Assembly (NCBI GenBank): GCA_012965975.1
Contig: DTRM01000123.1
Span: 1 to 50,013 of the forward strand
DNA from: Chromatiaceae bacterium
Lineage (GTDB): Bacteria; Pseudomonadota; Gammaproteobacteria; DTRM01
Direction of reading: 5' to 3'
Length of the DNA: 50,013 nt
Numbering within the stretch: the first letter of the stretch is position 1; each line of letters opens with the position of its first letter. Shown here piece by piece: positions 9,046 to 20,168 of the stretch. Made by a program: the position numbers and the translations under genes. Below the pieces are notes generated by a model, which did no database searches, had not been told where the DNA came from, and saw only the letters and a list, made by a program, of their open reading frames with translations.

Positions 9046-9108
9046 AGCGGCATTATCGGGGCTTTCTTGAGCCCCCCAGAATCTGGGGAAAGGCCCGATA
9101 ATGCCGCT
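9046..9108. repeat. nested perfect inverted repeat in the divergent activator/hemL intergenic region
   Basis: The outer arms are AGCGGCATTATCGGG (9046-9060) and CCCGATAATGCCGCT (9094-9108), 15/15 complementary. The inner palindrome is CCCCAGA-A-TCTGGGG (9074-9088). A third GCGGCATT copy is at 9178-9185. Confidence 0.6.
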
Positions 9109-9205
9109 GTATCCCCGACTAATTGCGGGTTTATCAAAATTTGGCTTAGGCGCATCTGCATTGCGCTGTTATCCTGTGCGGCATTGATTTCCAGGAACCC
9201 TGCCC

Positions 9206-10489
9206 ATGAGCCGTAACGACGACCTTTTCTCCCATGCCCGGCAACACATTCCCGGCGGCGTTAATTCACCTGTGCGCGCGTTCAAGGGGGTCGGTGGAAC
9301 ACCCGTTTTCGTCAGCAAGGCAAAGGGGGCATATCTGTACGATGTGGGGGGCAAAGCCTATATCGACTATGTCGGATCATGGGGACCGATGATTCTGGGA
9401 CATGCCGATGATGACGTCATCCATGCCGTAAAACAGGCCGCTGACTCCGGCCTCAGTTTTGGCGCGCCGACCGAGATAGAAAGCCTGATGGCGGATCGTG
9501 TCTGTGAGCTGGTGCCGTCAATGGATATGGTGCGCATGGTCAGCTCCGGCACTGAGGCGACCATGAGCGCGATCCGTCTGGCGCGTGGCTTTACCGGTCG
9601 CGATAGCATCATCAAGTTTGAGGGCTGCTATCACGGCCACGCCGACTCGCTGTTGGTCAAGGCCGGTTCGGGTGCGCTGACCCTTGGCGAACCCAGTTCC
9701 CCCGGCGTGCCTGCCGCACTTGCGGAACACACATTGACCCTGCCGTACAACGATGCCGATGCGGTGCGGTCAATGATGCAAGAGCGCGGTGATCGCATCG
9801 CTTGCATCATCGTTGAACCGGTCGCGGGCAACATGAACTGCATCCCCCCGGCCGATGGTTTCTTGCAATGTCTGCGCGATGTCTGTGACGAGCATGGCAC
9901 CGTGTTGATTTTTGATGAAGTCATGACCGGCTTTCGGGTCGCACTAGGAGGCGCGCAGGCCCTGTTCGATATCAAACCGGATTTGACCACACTGGGGAAA
10001 ATCATCGGCGGCGGCATGCCAGTCGGTGCATTCGGGGGACGCGAGGACATCATGCACCACATCGCCCCACTCGGACCGGTCTATCAGGCCGGCACGCTGT
10101 CGGGAAATCCGATTGCGATGGCAGCGGGCATGGCGACACTGAACAAGATTTCTGCCGCCGGGTTTTACCAGCAACTGACACAGAAAACCTCCACGCTGTT
10201 GGACGGACTGAAAAACGCGGCCAGTGACAACGGTATCGATCTATGCAGCAATCAAGTCGGTGCGATGTTCGGCCTGTTTTTCACCGACGCCGAGCGCGTG
10301 GGTAATTTCGAACAGGTCATGGCCTGTGATAGCGATCGCTTCGCCAAATTTTTTCACGGCATGCTCGATGCGGGGGTCTATCTTGCACCGTCGGCGTTCG
10401 AGACCGGATTTGTTTCCGCAGCACACTCAGATGATGACATTGCCAACACCATCTCTGCCGCCAGCCATGTGTTTGCAACACTGAGTTAA
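9206..10489 (+). CDS. hemL: glutamate-1-semialdehyde 2,1-aminomutase
   Basis: LF..A...[17 protein letters not shown]...[20 protein letters not shown] and FDEVMTGFR match the class-III aminotransferase HemL signature. The protein is 427 aa. Confidence 0.95.
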   Translation: MSRNDDLFSHARQHIPGGVNSPVRAFKGVGGTPVFVSKAKGAYLYDVGGKAYIDYVGSWGPMILGHADDDVIHAVKQAADSGLSFGAPTEIESLMADRVCELVPSMDMVRMVSSGTEATMSAIRLARGFTGRDSIIKFEGCYHGHADSLLVKAGSGALTLGEPSSPGVPAALAEHTLTLPYNDADAVRSMMQERGDRIACIIVEPVAGNMNCIPPADGFLQCLRDVCDEHGTVLIFDEVMTGFRVALGGAQALFDIKPDLTTLGKIIGGGMPVGAFGGREDIMHHIAPLGPVYQAGTLSGNPIAMAAGMATLNKISAAGFYQQLTQKTSTLLDGLKNAASDNGIDLCSNQVGAMFGLFFTDAERVGNFEQVMACDSDRFAKFFHGMLDAGVYLAPSAFETGFVSAAHSDDDIANTISAASHVFATLS

Positions 10490-10503
10490 GGAGCCTCTGC
10501 GCG

Positions 10504-11091
10504 ATGCTTGATGCGGCACTAACCTGGATCGAACTGAATCCCGGATGGGCAGGCGTTGCCGTTGGTTGCACCGCGTTTGTCGAGTCCCTCGCCGTGATTG
10601 GGCTGATCGTCCCCGGCGTCATCATCATGTTCACCATCGGTGGCCTGATCGCCACGGACGTGCTGCCCTTTCTACCCATCGCGATGTGGGCCGCGGTCGG
10701 CGCGATTCTTGGGGACAGCGTTAGCTACTGGCTCGGACGACAACTCAGCGATGGGCTGAATCAGCGTTGGCCATTTACCCGATACCCGGAGATGTTGCCG
10801 CGCGGTGAACGCTTCTTCCAACACTGGGGATTATTCAGCATTGCATTGGGACGTTTCTTTGGCCCGGTGCGAGGCACCCTGCCATTGGTTGCCGGCATGC
10901 TGAAACTGGAACCGCGCCGCTTCTTTCCCATCGAGATCGCATCGGGCATGGTCTGGTCACCGGCCTATTTGCTGCCGGGCATGATGATTGGCACCTCGCT
11001 GGAATACGTTTCGGGTCTCAGCGCCAAAATCGGGGTACTGCTGGTGATATTGATGGGATGGTGGGTTCTGACATTGATCAATCGACGATAG
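10504..11091 (+). CDS. DedA-family inner membrane protein
   Basis: FVESLAVIGLIVPGVIIM, GDSVSYWLGR and FFGPVRGTLPLVAGM are typical DedA/SNARE-associated motifs. The protein is 195 aa and multi-spanning. Confidence 0.85.
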   Translation: MLDAALTWIELNPGWAGVAVGCTAFVESLAVIGLIVPGVIIMFTIGGLIATDVLPFLPIAMWAAVGAILGDSVSYWLGRQLSDGLNQRWPFTRYPEMLPRGERFFQHWGLFSIALGRFFGPVRGTLPLVAGMLKLEPRRFFPIEIASGMVWSPAYLLPGMMIGTSLEYVSGLSAKIGVLLVILMGWWVLTLINRR

Positions 11092-11118
11092 TTTCGCCAT
11101 CGATGGCTCGCGTTCCGG

Positions 11119-11745
11119 TCACTGTTCCGGATCGTGCTGTTCGCCCCAACGTCCGATCAAGTCATGTTCGACACCAATCTGGTCAAGCACCCGCGCCACC
11201 ACGAAATCAACCAGATCATTGATACCGGTTGGGTTGTGATAGAAGCCGGGGTTGGCGGGCAAAATCACCGCCCCGGCATGCGTTAAGCGCAGCATGTTTT
11301 CCAAATGAATGGCGGATAACGGCGTCTCTCTTGCCACCAACACCAGTTTTTTGCGTTCCTTCAACATCACATCCGCGGAACGTTCCATCAGGTTACGGCT
11401 GGAGCCACAGGCAATCGCTGATAGCGTACCCATCGTACAAGGACACACCACCATCGCCTCGGGCGCGCCGCTGCCACTGGCCATCGGCGCAGTCCACTCA
11501 TCCTTGCCAAACACGCGTAACTGACCTTCATCGACACCGTAGTGGGTGTTTAAAAAACGTTCGATGTCGGCAGGACGGCCCGGAAACTTCAGCTCCGTTT
11601 CCATCGCAATAACAATCTGCCCCGGCGTAGTGACCAACAGGTACACCGGATGGCCGACGTGCAGTAAACATTCGATTAGACGCAGACCATAGGCCGCACC
11701 AGATGCCCCCGTGATGGCGACGCATATTGGCTTGGTTGGCTTCAT
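11119..11745 (-). CDS. ubiX: flavin prenyltransferase UbiX
   Basis: The motifs are ICVAITGASGAAYGLRLIE.L, MVVCPCTMGTLSAIA.G.S.NL..RAADV.LKERRKLVL..RETP and GFYH.P. The start is set at MKPTKP, which avoids the overlap with mpl produced by the longer ORF-track call. Confidence 0.9.
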   Translation of the reverse strand: MKPTKPICVAITGASGAAYGLRLIECLLHVGHPVYLLVTTPGQIVIAMETELKFPGRPADIERFLNTHYGVDEGQLRVFGKDEWTAPMASGSGAPEAMVVCPCTMGTLSAIACGSSRNLMERSADVMLKERKKLVLVARETPLSAIHLENMLRLTHAGAVILPANPGFYHNPTGINDLVDFVVARVLDQIGVEHDLIGRWGEQHDPEQ

Positions 11746-11758
11746 CGAAACATCTCCA

Positions 11759-13132
11759 TCAATTAAAGCGTGACTGTAGTGCGTCAAGCAACCGCTGGTG
11801 AATCCCCTCGAAGCCACCGTTACTCATCACCAGAATACGGTCGCCACTGGACACGCTAGCGGTGACCGACCGCACGATCGCCTCCACGGTATCATCCACT
11901 TGAAGTTTGTCGCCAAGTACCTGCTGCATCGATCCAATATTGAGTTCCACATTGTCTGGCTGCAACACAAACACCTGATCTGCATCGGCCAGAGAGGCAC
12001 CCAGAGTTTCGCTGTGCACACCTAGGCGCATGGTGTTGGAACGTGGCTCCAACACCGCAATGATCCGCGCATCCCCTACCTTGCCACGCAAACCGGACAT
12101 TGTGGTTTTGATGGCCGTTGGATGGTGCGCAAAATCGTCGTAGACGTCGATATTATTCACATGCCCGCGCAACTCCATGCGCCGCTTGACACCCCTGAAG
12201 GCAGACAAGGCCTCAACCGCGACCGATACCGGCACACCGGCATGGCGCGCCGCCGCGATGGCGGCCAACGCATTGCTGACGTTGTGGCCACCGAGCTGAT
12301 TCCATTTGACCTCGGCAATCTCCTGCTCTTGTTGCAACACAGAGAAACACTCGCCCGCGGCATCACGCGGTTGCGCCGACCAGTACGCCTCGATAGAGGG
12401 TGTATTGCTAAACGTTTCCACGGGCGTCCAGCAACCCATCGATAACACCTCGTCCAACGCGTCATCCACCGTGGGGCGCACGATCAAACCGGTGGATGGA
12501 ATAATCCGCACCAGATGGTGGAACTGTGTTTGGATCGCCGCGAGATCAGGAAAAATATCGGCATGATCGTATTCGAGGTTATTTAATATCGTGGTGCGCG
12601 GACGATAATGCACAAACTTGGAGCGTTTATCGAAAAACGCGGTGTCGTATTCATCGGCCTCAACAACAAAGAATGGGGCGTCACCCAGCCGCGCGGAAAG
12701 TGAAAAGTTTCCCGGCACGCCGCCGATCAAAAAACCGGGGTTCAGTCCCGCGTACTCCAGAATCCACGCCAATAGACTGGACGTGCTGGTTTTGCCATGG
12801 GTGCCGGCCACCGCTAACACCCAACGGTCCATCAGAATATTTTCTGCCAACCACTGCGGCCCGGACTGGTAGCGCAAGCCACGGTCAAGCACATACTCAA
12901 CACTGGGATTGCCTCGCGACATCGCATTGCCGACCACCACACAATCCGGGGGTGGATCCATCGCGTGCGGGGCATAACCTTCTGTCAGTGCGATTCCGGC
13001 CTCTTCCAACTGCGTACTCATGGGTGGATACACATTGGCATCCGCGCCCGTTACGCGATGACCAAGCTCTCTGGCAAGCAACGCAATGCCGCCCATGAAC
13101 GTCCCGCAAATACCCAGAATATGTATGTGCAT
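11759..13132 (-). CDS. mpl: UDP-N-acetylmuramate:L-alanyl-gamma-D-glutamyl-meso-diaminopimelate ligase
   Basis: MHIHILGICGTFMGGIALLARELGH.V.G.D..VYPPMS..L...GI, VAGTHGKTSTSS and DDFAHHPTAI form the Mur-ligase layout typical of Mpl. The protein is 457 aa. Confidence 0.9.
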   Translation of the reverse strand: MHIHILGICGTFMGGIALLARELGHRVTGADANVYPPMSTQLEEAGIALTEGYAPHAMDPPPDCVVVGNAMSRGNPSVEYVLDRGLRYQSGPQWLAENILMDRWVLAVAGTHGKTSTSSLLAWILEYAGLNPGFLIGGVPGNFSLSARLGDAPFFVVEADEYDTAFFDKRSKFVHYRPRTTILNNLEYDHADIFPDLAAIQTQFHHLVRIIPSTGLIVRPTVDDALDEVLSMGCWTPVETFSNTPSIEAYWSAQPRDAAGECFSVLQQEQEIAEVKWNQLGGHNVSNALAAIAAARHAGVPVSVAVEALSAFRGVKRRMELRGHVNNIDVYDDFAHHPTAIKTTMSGLRGKVGDARIIAVLEPRSNTMRLGVHSETLGASLADADQVFVLQPDNVELNIGSMQQVLGDKLQVDDTVEAIVRSVTASVSSGDRILVMSNGGFEGIHQRLLDALQSRFN

Positions 13133-13647
13133 TATTGAACTACCGGAAACAACCAGTCATTGATCGCGACTGAACTAATAAAATACGTCAACGCCAAACC
13201 CATGGATAAACCGCGTGGTGACTCCAGAGCAAGGTGCAGAATATGTGACACAATCAAAAGACTCCAGACCATTAACACCAGCAATAACAGCGATGACAAC
13301 GGCAGACCCTGACTCGCCTCGGGCATTTGGCTTATCCAGTACACCGGAGGAGTAGCCAACAGATTCAATAGCGCGCCACTACCTACCAGCGCGGTCACGG
13401 TTTGCGTCAGACGCGCACGGAAGCCGTACACCCACAGTGCCCCATAGACAACCCCGATCATGATAAGCGTATCAACACAGGCCTGACCCAAGGCGGCAAT
13501 CAATGGCATGCTCATGATCACCAACATCAGACCACTGAATATGTAGGCCAGCAGTGATAGCGCCAATAACACGGTCGAGGCGGGCATCCGATCCGGGCCA
13601 GCGCGCAACAGGCAGAGGTCAAGAAAAAATCGAAGAATCTGTTTCAT
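13132..13647 (-). CDS. hypothetical multi-pass inner membrane protein
   Basis: There are about 5 hydrophobic helices. The stop overlaps the mpl start (TAATG), which suggests co-translation. The start is set at the ATG (MKQILRFF) rather than the upstream TTG. No family was recognised. Confidence 0.5.
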   Translation of the reverse strand: MKQILRFFLDLCLLRAGPDRMPASTVLLALSLLAYIFSGLMLVIMSMPLIAALGQACVDTLIMIGVVYGALWVYGFRARLTQTVTALVGSGALLNLLATPPVYWISQMPEASQGLPLSSLLLLVLMVWSLLIVSHILHLALESPRGLSMGLALTYFISSVAINDWLFPVVQ

Positions 13648-13744
13648 ACGCCCATGAATTAATCGCAGCTTACCCAAGCATACAGCACAAAAATGGTATG
13701 CTGGCGCACGTTAACCAATAAGACAAGTATTCGTACCGAATCCC

Positions 13745-14902
13745 ATGACCCAGACCAACCTGATTTCGACACCGGAAGCGCTCCAGACCCTATGTACACA
13801 ACTGGCCGATAGCGACTGGTTAACACTGGACACCGAGTTTTTACGTGAAAAAACCTATTATGCCCAACTGTGTTTGATTCAGGTCGCCAACGCTGATAGT
13901 GCGGTTTGTATAGACGCGATCGCCCTGAATACGGCCGAGGCATTGCAACCCTTGTTCGACCTGCTGTTTGATCCAAATATCGTCAAGGTGTTCCACGCCT
14001 CCAGTCAGGACCTGGAAATCTTTTATCAGTTGGCAGGCAAGGTCCCCGAGCCAATCTTTGACACCCAGATCGCGGCCACTATCACCGGCTATGGAGACCA
14101 GATCGGTTACGCCAATCTGGTGGAGAAAATTGAGGGCGTAAAGCTGTCGAAAACCCAGTCGCGTACTGACTGGAGCCTGCGACCCCTCAGTAACGACCAG
14201 ATTGCCTATGCGCTCGACGACGTCACCTATCTGCGTGACATCTATCTCAAGCTAGATCAGGCACTGAAAGACAATGGCCGGGTCGATTGGGTCAAGGACG
14301 ATTTCGAGGCAATATCACGGCCACAAACCTATGAACCTAACATCGACACGATCTGGCGGAAGCTACGCGGGGCGAACAAACTACACGGCGTCCAACTCGC
14401 GGCACTGCAACTGCTTACTCGCTGGCGCGAAGAAACTGCGCGCAGCAAAAATCGCCCGCGCCGCTGGATTATTAAAGACGATGTGCTGGTGGACATTGCT
14501 CGATTCATGCCCAAAAAGGAACCCGAACTTGGCCGTCTTCGCGGACTCGATCAAGGCACCCTCAAACATTCAGGGGCGGCCCTGTTTGCCATCATCGAAC
14601 AGGCACGCCAGTTGTCACAGGATCAATGGCCTGATGGAACGACCGCCAAACCTCGCCTCACGGCCAATCAGGATGCGCTAGTCGATGCGTTAATGGCCGT
14701 GCTTCGACTGGTGTCGGCAAACCACAAGGTGAGCGCCTCCACACTGGCGACGCGCAAAGAACTGGAACAGGTCGTTCATGGTGACACCGAGGTACCGCTG
14801 TTACATGGATGGCGCAACGCGATCGCGGGCGATCAAGTGCGGGCCTTGCTTGAGGGAAAAAGTAAATTGGCCGTCGACAACGGCGTGCTGGTTCTTGGCT
14901 AG
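13745..14902 (+). CDS. rnd: ribonuclease D
   Basis: The DEDD exonuclease motifs are present: LTLDTEFLREKTYYAQLCLIQV, KVFHASSQDLEI, QIGYA.LV, and YALDDVTYL. An HRDC-like C-terminal region follows. The protein is 385 aa. Confidence 0.9.
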   Translation: MTQTNLISTPEALQTLCTQLADSDWLTLDTEFLREKTYYAQLCLIQVANADSAVCIDAIALNTAEALQPLFDLLFDPNIVKVFHASSQDLEIFYQLAGKVPEPIFDTQIAATITGYGDQIGYANLVEKIEGVKLSKTQSRTDWSLRPLSNDQIAYALDDVTYLRDIYLKLDQALKDNGRVDWVKDDFEAISRPQTYEPNIDTIWRKLRGANKLHGVQLAALQLLTRWREETARSKNRPRRWIIKDDVLVDIARFMPKKEPELGRLRGLDQGTLKHSGAALFAIIEQARQLSQDQWPDGTTAKPRLTANQDALVDALMAVLRLVSANHKVSASTLATRKELEQVVHGDTEVPLLHGWRNAIAGDQVRALLEGKSKLAVDNGVLVLG

Positions 14903-14913
14903 TAAATTTCAGA

Positions 14914-15810
14914 TTAAATTAAATCCGCCACCAAACCCGCGAAGACGATAAATCCCACCCAATTATTGTTCAGGAATGCGTGAAAACACCCCCCGGGATC
15001 GCGTCGCCGGATCAACCATTGCTGATACAAAAACAGCAGTGCCGCACCACAGACTCCCAGCACAAACTGAACGCCCAACGACGTCAACATCCACAGTATC
15101 ACGAACCCGGTCAACACGGTCGCTTGCAACATCGCAATAATCGCCCGATCCTGACGACCAAATAAAACTGCCGTCGATTTAACGCCAATCGCTACATCCT
15201 CGTCGCGATCAACCATCGCATACATGGTGTCATAGGCCACCGCCCAGACCACGGTGATGAAAAATAATATCCATGCCAACAACGGGACATCATTGCGAAT
15301 CGCCGCAAACGCCATCGGTGTCGCCATCGCGAAGGCCACGCCCAAATGAACTTGCGGAAGATGGGTAACACGTTTCGCAAACGGATAACTGGCCGCCAGC
15401 AGGACGGCAGCAAGCGAAATCATCATCGACAACAGATTGAGTTGCATGACCAGTGTCAACGCAATCAGGCACAACACGACAAACAGTATCAACGCCTCAC
15501 GCGGACTCACTCTACCCGCGGCGATCGGGCGATTGTGCGTACGTCTGACCTTCGCGTCGATGTCACGATCGGCGTAGTCGTTGATCACACAGCCAGCCGA
15601 ACGCATAACAACCACGCCGGCAACAAACACCCATAATATATCGAGATCGGGTAACCCATCGGCCGCGATCCACAGGGCCCACAGGGTTGGCCACAACAAC
15701 AGAAAAATACCGATCGGCTTATCCAGACGCATCAAACGTGCGTAGTCGGCCCAATGTGCCAACCCCCTCGACGGAGTCGCCGCTGACTCAGTCACAGTAA
15801 CCGCTTCCAT
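14914..15810 (-). CDS. ubiA: 4-hydroxybenzoate polyprenyltransferase
   Basis: [43 protein letters not shown] and [13 protein letters not shown] match the UbiA prenyltransferase Asp-rich motifs. Confidence 0.9.
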   Translation of the reverse strand: MEAVTVTESAATPSRGLAHWADYARLMRLDKPIGIFLLLWPTLWALWIAADGLPDLDILWVFVAGVVVMRSAGCVINDYADRDIDAKVRRTHNRPIAAGRVSPREALILFVVLCLIALTLVMQLNLLSMMISLAAVLLAASYPFAKRVTHLPQVHLGVAFAMATPMAFAAIRNDVPLLAWILFFITVVWAVAYDTMYAMVDRDEDVAIGVKSTAVLFGRQDRAIIAMLQATVLTGFVILWMLTSLGVQFVLGVCGAALLFLYQQWLIRRRDPGGCFHAFLNNNWVGFIVFAGLVADLI

Positions 15811-16378
15811 GTGCGGGATTTAGCGCGTTTGCAAACGCGGGGATGGATGGCAGGAATATCTCGTTTACCAACAACGGCTTGCCGCGCAACTGAAACCGCG
15901 AACGTCGGCCCCAGATGCATCGCGGCTTGCGCGCCAGGCCCGCCGTCGCCGTACGATAGCCGTTGTCACCAGCCTCAATCCGGGCCAACTGCATACGATC
16001 CCGCAACAGGCCCGGGTCAGCGAATAAAAACGCACCCAGTGGACGCGTACCCAAATGACGCAGACGACGCCGGCTACCGGTTAACGTTGAGGCGGGGATA
16101 ACGGTTCGCGCAAATACCCACGGTGTCGCACCACATAACAGATGAACCTCTCGAATCAATGCCGTTGATCCACGACGCAACCCCAACAACTGGCGCTCAC
16201 CGGGCGTTGGACTGTCCCATAGAAGTGACTCAAGACGCACGCTGAACCCCAAGTCACAGACCGATTTCAGCCGTTTGGTTAGTGACGCCTCATCCAGCAA
16301 CCAAGGCCTCACCGACTCTGGCAACGCCCGCCGTGACGCCAGTCGCGCATCGCGCCAGCGTGGTTCAAGGTAAGACAT
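15788..16378 (-). CDS. ubiC: chorismate pyruvate-lyase
   Basis: The motifs are [34 protein letters not shown] and [11 protein letters not shown]. It sits immediately upstream of ubiA and overlaps it, in the classical ubiCA arrangement. Confidence 0.8.
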   Translation of the reverse strand: MSYLEPRWRDARLASRRALPESVRPWLLDEASLTKRLKSVCDLGFSVRLESLLWDSPTPGERQLLGLRRGSTALIREVHLLCGATPWVFARTVIPASTLTGSRRRLRHLGTRPLGAFLFADPGLLRDRMQLARIEAGDNGYRTATAGLARKPRCIWGRRSRFQLRGKPLLVNEIFLPSIPAFANALNPAHGSGYCD

Positions 16379-16461
16379 GAAAAAGGTGCGTGGAGAACTC
16401 CATGGGCACCATTATTGCACAGCTTATGTGCAATACCGTATCCGTACTAACAGGACATTGC

Positions 16462-16489
16462 TGTGGGCCACCGTGATCGGAGGCCCACA
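16462..16489. other. 8-bp GC-rich stem-loop just downstream of the transaldolase stop
   Basis: TGTGGGCC (16462-16469) and GGCCCACA (16482-16489) are perfectly complementary with a 12 nt loop. No clear U-tract follows on the minus strand. Confidence 0.35.
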
Positions 16490-16498
16490 CAAGCAAGG

Positions 16499-17592
16499 CT
16501 AGCCAGTCTTGCGTACCGAACGCGCGACGAGATCGTGCGCCTTGGTATCAATCACCTCAAGCAGTGTCGTGAACGCCTGCTCAAACGAACTCACGCCTTG
16601 TTCCTCAAGCGTCTCGGTAATCGCATCGAGATCAACACCCAAACCGGACACTGCGGATACCTGTTCACCGGCACTATCGACGTCATCGGCCAGTGTGGTG
16701 GCGACAATCCCATGGTGGAGGAAGTTTTGGTAGGTAGCAGGCGGCATCGTATTGACCGTATCTTTACCAATCAACGTTTCGACATACAACACGTCGCTGT
16801 AGGCCGCATTTTTGGTTCCGGTGCTTGCCCACAACAGACGCTGCAAATGCGCCCCTGCTTCACCCAGAACAGAGAAACGCTCTGAATTGACGACACCTTC
16901 ATAAAATTGATAGGCCAGCTTGGCATTGGCGATCGCAATCTTGCCCTGCAACGGGCTTGCCGTGGCCTGATCCTCGCAATCGGTCAACGCGGAATCGACC
17001 GCGACATCCACACGACTGATAAAGAAACTGGCTACCGAGGCAATATGCTCTATCGGTCGGCCTTGAACCACGCGCTTTTCAAGCCCACTTAGATAGGCTT
17101 CAACGCACTCTTGATACCGTTCAACCGAGAATAACAAGGTCACATTGACGTTGATGCCATCTGCGGTCAGGGTTTCAAATGCCGGAATACCTTCGGCGGT
17201 TCCGGGCACCTTGATCATTACATTGGGTCGATCCAGCCGCCTCCAAAGGTCACGTGCTTCTTCGATCGTACCACTGGTGTCATAAGCCAAATCCGGAGAC
17301 ACCTCCAGACTAACCATGCCATCGACACCGCCACTCTCATCATAGATTGGGCGCAATACATCTGCTGCGGCCCGAATATCTTCAATGGCCAGCTCAAAAA
17401 ACAGACTTCGAGGGCTCAAGGTAGGGTTCTCCTTGAGCATCGACGCGATAGACTGGTCGTAGTCGCTGCTGCCGCTGATAGCTGCCTGAAAAAGACCATG
17501 CGTTGCAACGCTCCACCGGTCAACATGGCCCGGTCAATATTGTCATACCAGACGCTTTGGCCATGTTGGTGCAACTTTTTCAATGGGTTCAT
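16499..17592 (-). pseudogene. tal: transaldolase (long Tal family) split by an internal out-of-frame deletion that removes the TSNP/TTNP motif
   Basis: The N-terminal frame MNPLKKLHQHGQSVWYDNIDRAMLTGGALQRMV (from 17592) runs into a stop. A second frame continues as GLFQAAISGSSDYDQSIASMLKENPTLSPRSLFFELAIEDI...SLEVSP...MIKVPGT...VNVTLLFS. The roughly 13 residues normally between (..DGLRGVTSNPxI..) are absent, and the frames differ by 1 nt at about 17487-17500. Confidence 0.7.
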
Positions 17593-17684
17593 ACATCTCT
17601 CCACATTCAAATTTACCCGCTCAGGACTATAGCGGTCATAAATCCGGAAAGGTTTAACCCGGCGATAAGCACAGAAAATGGATA

Positions 17685-18134
17685 CTATTTGGCCAACATA
17701 CGATCCAGTTGGTTGGCAAAGGCTTGACGATCAGACTGGCTAAACGCCCCGGGGCCACCGGTATCTACGCCACTGCTGCGTAAACTCTCCATGAAATCAC
17801 GCATATTCAAACGCTGACGAATATTTTCTTCGGTGTAGAGGTCGCCACGTGGGTTCAGCGCCAGGCATCCCTTTGCGATAACCTCGGCAGCCAACGGGAT
17901 ATCGGCGGTAATGACGAGATCCCCCGGGTTGGCTTGCTGTACGATGTAGTTGTCGGCGACGTCAAAACCCGCGGCGACCTGAATGCTGCGAATATGCGCA
18001 GAACGGGGAACCTGCAACGCCTGGTTGGCAACCAGGATGACGGCAATCCCTACCCTGTCGGCCGCGCGAAACAGGATGTCCTTTATGACGCGCGGACAGG
18101 CGTCGGCATCGACCCAAATATGTTTTAAATTCAT
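17685..18134 (-). CDS. yaiI: YaiI/YqxD family protein (UPF0178, DUF188)
   Basis: [40 protein letters not shown] and L.PRG..YT..NI are characteristic of UPF0178. Confidence 0.8.
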   Translation of the reverse strand: MNLKHIWVDADACPRVIKDILFRAADRVGIAVILVANQALQVPRSAHIRSIQVAAGFDVADNYIVQQANPGDLVITADIPLAAEVIAKGCLALNPRGDLYTEENIRQRLNMRDFMESLRSSGVDTGGPGAFSQSDRQAFANQLDRMLAK

Positions 18135-18303
18135 AATCTTGGACGTGTTTATGGGTAAATATCTGGTATGATACCTGCTTTATGGGGTGCCTGGCCGGTT
18201 AGCACCCCCTTGTGATTTGAACCAGGATCCCTAGATCCAGCCCGAACCGGCTCCCACCAGCTAACGCTGTCTTGGAGAGGGCCAGACTGGAGTATTTATC
18301 CCA

Positions 18304-19692
18304 ATGTCATTTGATTCCCTCGGCCTGTCGGCCGAACTCCTGCGCGCGATTGACGAGCAGGGCTACACCGAACCCACACCCGTTCAACTCAAGGCCATCC
18401 CCCTGATTTTGAACGGCAAGGATGTCATGGCCGGCGCCCAAACCGGTACCGGCAAGACCGCCGGCTTTACCTTGCCCCTGTTGCATCGACTGAGCACGAC
18501 TCCGACCAGCAAGGGCCGACGCCCCGTGCGCGCACTGATACTGACACCGACCCGCGAGTTGGCTGCACAAGTAGAGGAGAGCGTCAAAACCTACAGCCGT
18601 CACCTGCCGCTGAAGTCTGCCGTGGTGTTTGGCGGGGTCAAGATTAACCCGCAGATCGACAAGTTGCGACGCGGTGTCGACATACTGGTGGCGACACCGG
18701 GCCGGCTGCTCGATCATGCCGGCCAGAAAACGGTCGACCTGTCACACGTTGAAATCCTGGTGCTGGACGAAGCCGACCGTATGCTCGATATGGGCTTCAT
18801 TCACGACATTCGCAAGGTACTGGCGCTGTTACCGGACAACAGCCATCGTCAGAACCTATTGTTCTCAGCCACGTTTTCAAACGAAATTAAACAACTCGCT
18901 GGACGTCTGCTGAACGATCCGGAATTGATTGAGGTGGGTCGCCGTAACGCGACGGTCGAGCGAATCACCCAAGTGATTCATCCCGTCGACAAGGGCCGCA
19001 AACGCGAATTACTGAGTCATCTGATTGGGTCAAAAGACTGGCGTCAGGTGCTGGTGTTTACGCGCACCAAACATGGCGCGAATCGTCTTGCGCAGCAATT
19101 GGAAAAAGACGGTCTGACTGCCGCCGCCATTCACGGCAACAAAAGTCAGGGGGCGCGTACCCGAGCACTCGCTGGCTTCAAGGCGGGTGATGTAAGAATA
19201 CTCGTCGCGACCGACATCGCCGCTCGCGGCCTCGACATCGATCAATTACCTCACGTAGTGAACTACGAACTTCCTAATGTCCCCGAAGACTACGTGCACC
19301 GTATCGGACGAACCGGTCGTGCTGGCAATGAAGGTGAGGCCATGTCATTGGTGTGTGTCGATGAATTCAAATTACTGCGAGACATCGAACATTTACTAAA
19401 GAGTGAGGTTCCGAAGGTCATACTGGATGGCTACGAGCCTGACCCCAACATCAAAGCAGAGCCGATTCAGAACGGGCGCAACAAGGGGCATTCACAACCG
19501 CGCAGACATAACGAAGGACACAACCGAAAACGTGTGTCGGCAAAAAGGCCTGCTGCAAACCAAAACAAGCCCCGTAATGCACCAAAGAAGCCACAACAAC
19601 GTCGCCAGGAAACTGGTAATCGAGTCCAAGAAACTGGTAATCGAGTCCAAGAAACTCCTGCGTTGATGGGCGGAAATTTCGGCAATAAGTGA
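18304..19692 (+). CDS. rhlE: ATP-dependent DEAD-box RNA helicase RhlE
   Basis: A Q-motif region is followed by [49 protein letters not shown] and [10 protein letters not shown]. The C-terminal tail is basic. Confidence 0.9.
   Translation: MSFDSLGLSAELLRAIDEQGYTEPTPVQLKAIPLILNGKDVMAGAQTGTGKTAGFTLPLLHRLSTTPTSKGRRPVRALILTPTRELAAQVEESVKTYSRHLPLKSAVVFGGVKINPQIDKLRRGVDILVATPGRLLDHAGQKTVDLSHVEILVLDEADRMLDMGFIHDIRKVLALLPDNSHRQNLLFSATFSNEIKQLAGRLLNDPELIEVGRRNATVERITQVIHPVDKGRKRELLSHLIGSKDWRQVLVFTRTKHGANRLAQQLEKDGLTAAAIHGNKSQGARTRALAGFKAGDVRILVATDIAARGLDIDQLPHVVNYELPNVPEDYVHRIGRTGRAGNEGEAMSLVCVDEFKLLRDIEHLLKSEVPKVILDGYEPDPNIKAEPIQNGRNKGHSQPRRHNEGHNRKRVSAKRPAANQNKPRNAPKKPQQRRQETGNRVQETGNRVQETPALMGGNFGNK
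19606..19656 (+). repeat. in-frame 21-bp tandem repeat (2.4 copies) in the rhlE C-terminal tail
   Basis: CAGGAAACTGGTAATCGAGTC / CAAGAAACTGGTAATCGAGTC / CAAGAAACT encodes [17 protein letters not shown]. Confidence 0.9.
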
Positions 19693-19844
19693 CGGCTTAC
19701 GAGAACCGACTGATCACGCAATAGATTCCGGTTTTTTCGCCTTGTCACACCGATAACGCCAAACAAGCCAGCGCCGAAAAGGCATGCCGCCGCTGATGGA
19801 AAAATTCACGCGTAGCTCGACGCATTCAGTTAGTCAGCAGGCAA

Positions 19845-20075
<231 letters not shown>

Positions 20076-20125
20076 TTATCTGAAGTAAAGGGAGCGAAGG
20101 GATAGAACTGTGGCACCTGAACATG

Positions 20126-20146
20126 GGACAGAATTGCATTCTGTCC
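20126..20146. other. perfect 9-bp stem / 3-nt loop hairpin between recG and the downstream small ORF
   Basis: The sequence is GGACAGAAT-tgc-ATTCTGTCC. There is no flanking U-tract, so it is not a classical intrinsic terminator. Confidence 0.4.
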
Positions 20147-20168
20147 TCGGCGCAGTGGTATACCTTGT

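Noticed and set aside
11746-11817. The longer UbiX start (ORF track 11119..11817)
   Set aside because: It would overlap the mpl 3' end by 59 nt and add 24 non-conserved residues. The ATG at 11745 gives the canonical MKP..ICVAITGASG N-terminus.
18181-18303. A tRNA- or ncRNA-like structure in the rhlE leader (GGGGTGC...GCACCCC stem)
   Set aside because: There is a single 7-bp stem with no cloverleaf, no T-loop GTTCRANYC and no anticodon arm. It is most simply 5'-UTR secondary structure, which is common for DEAD-box helicase genes.
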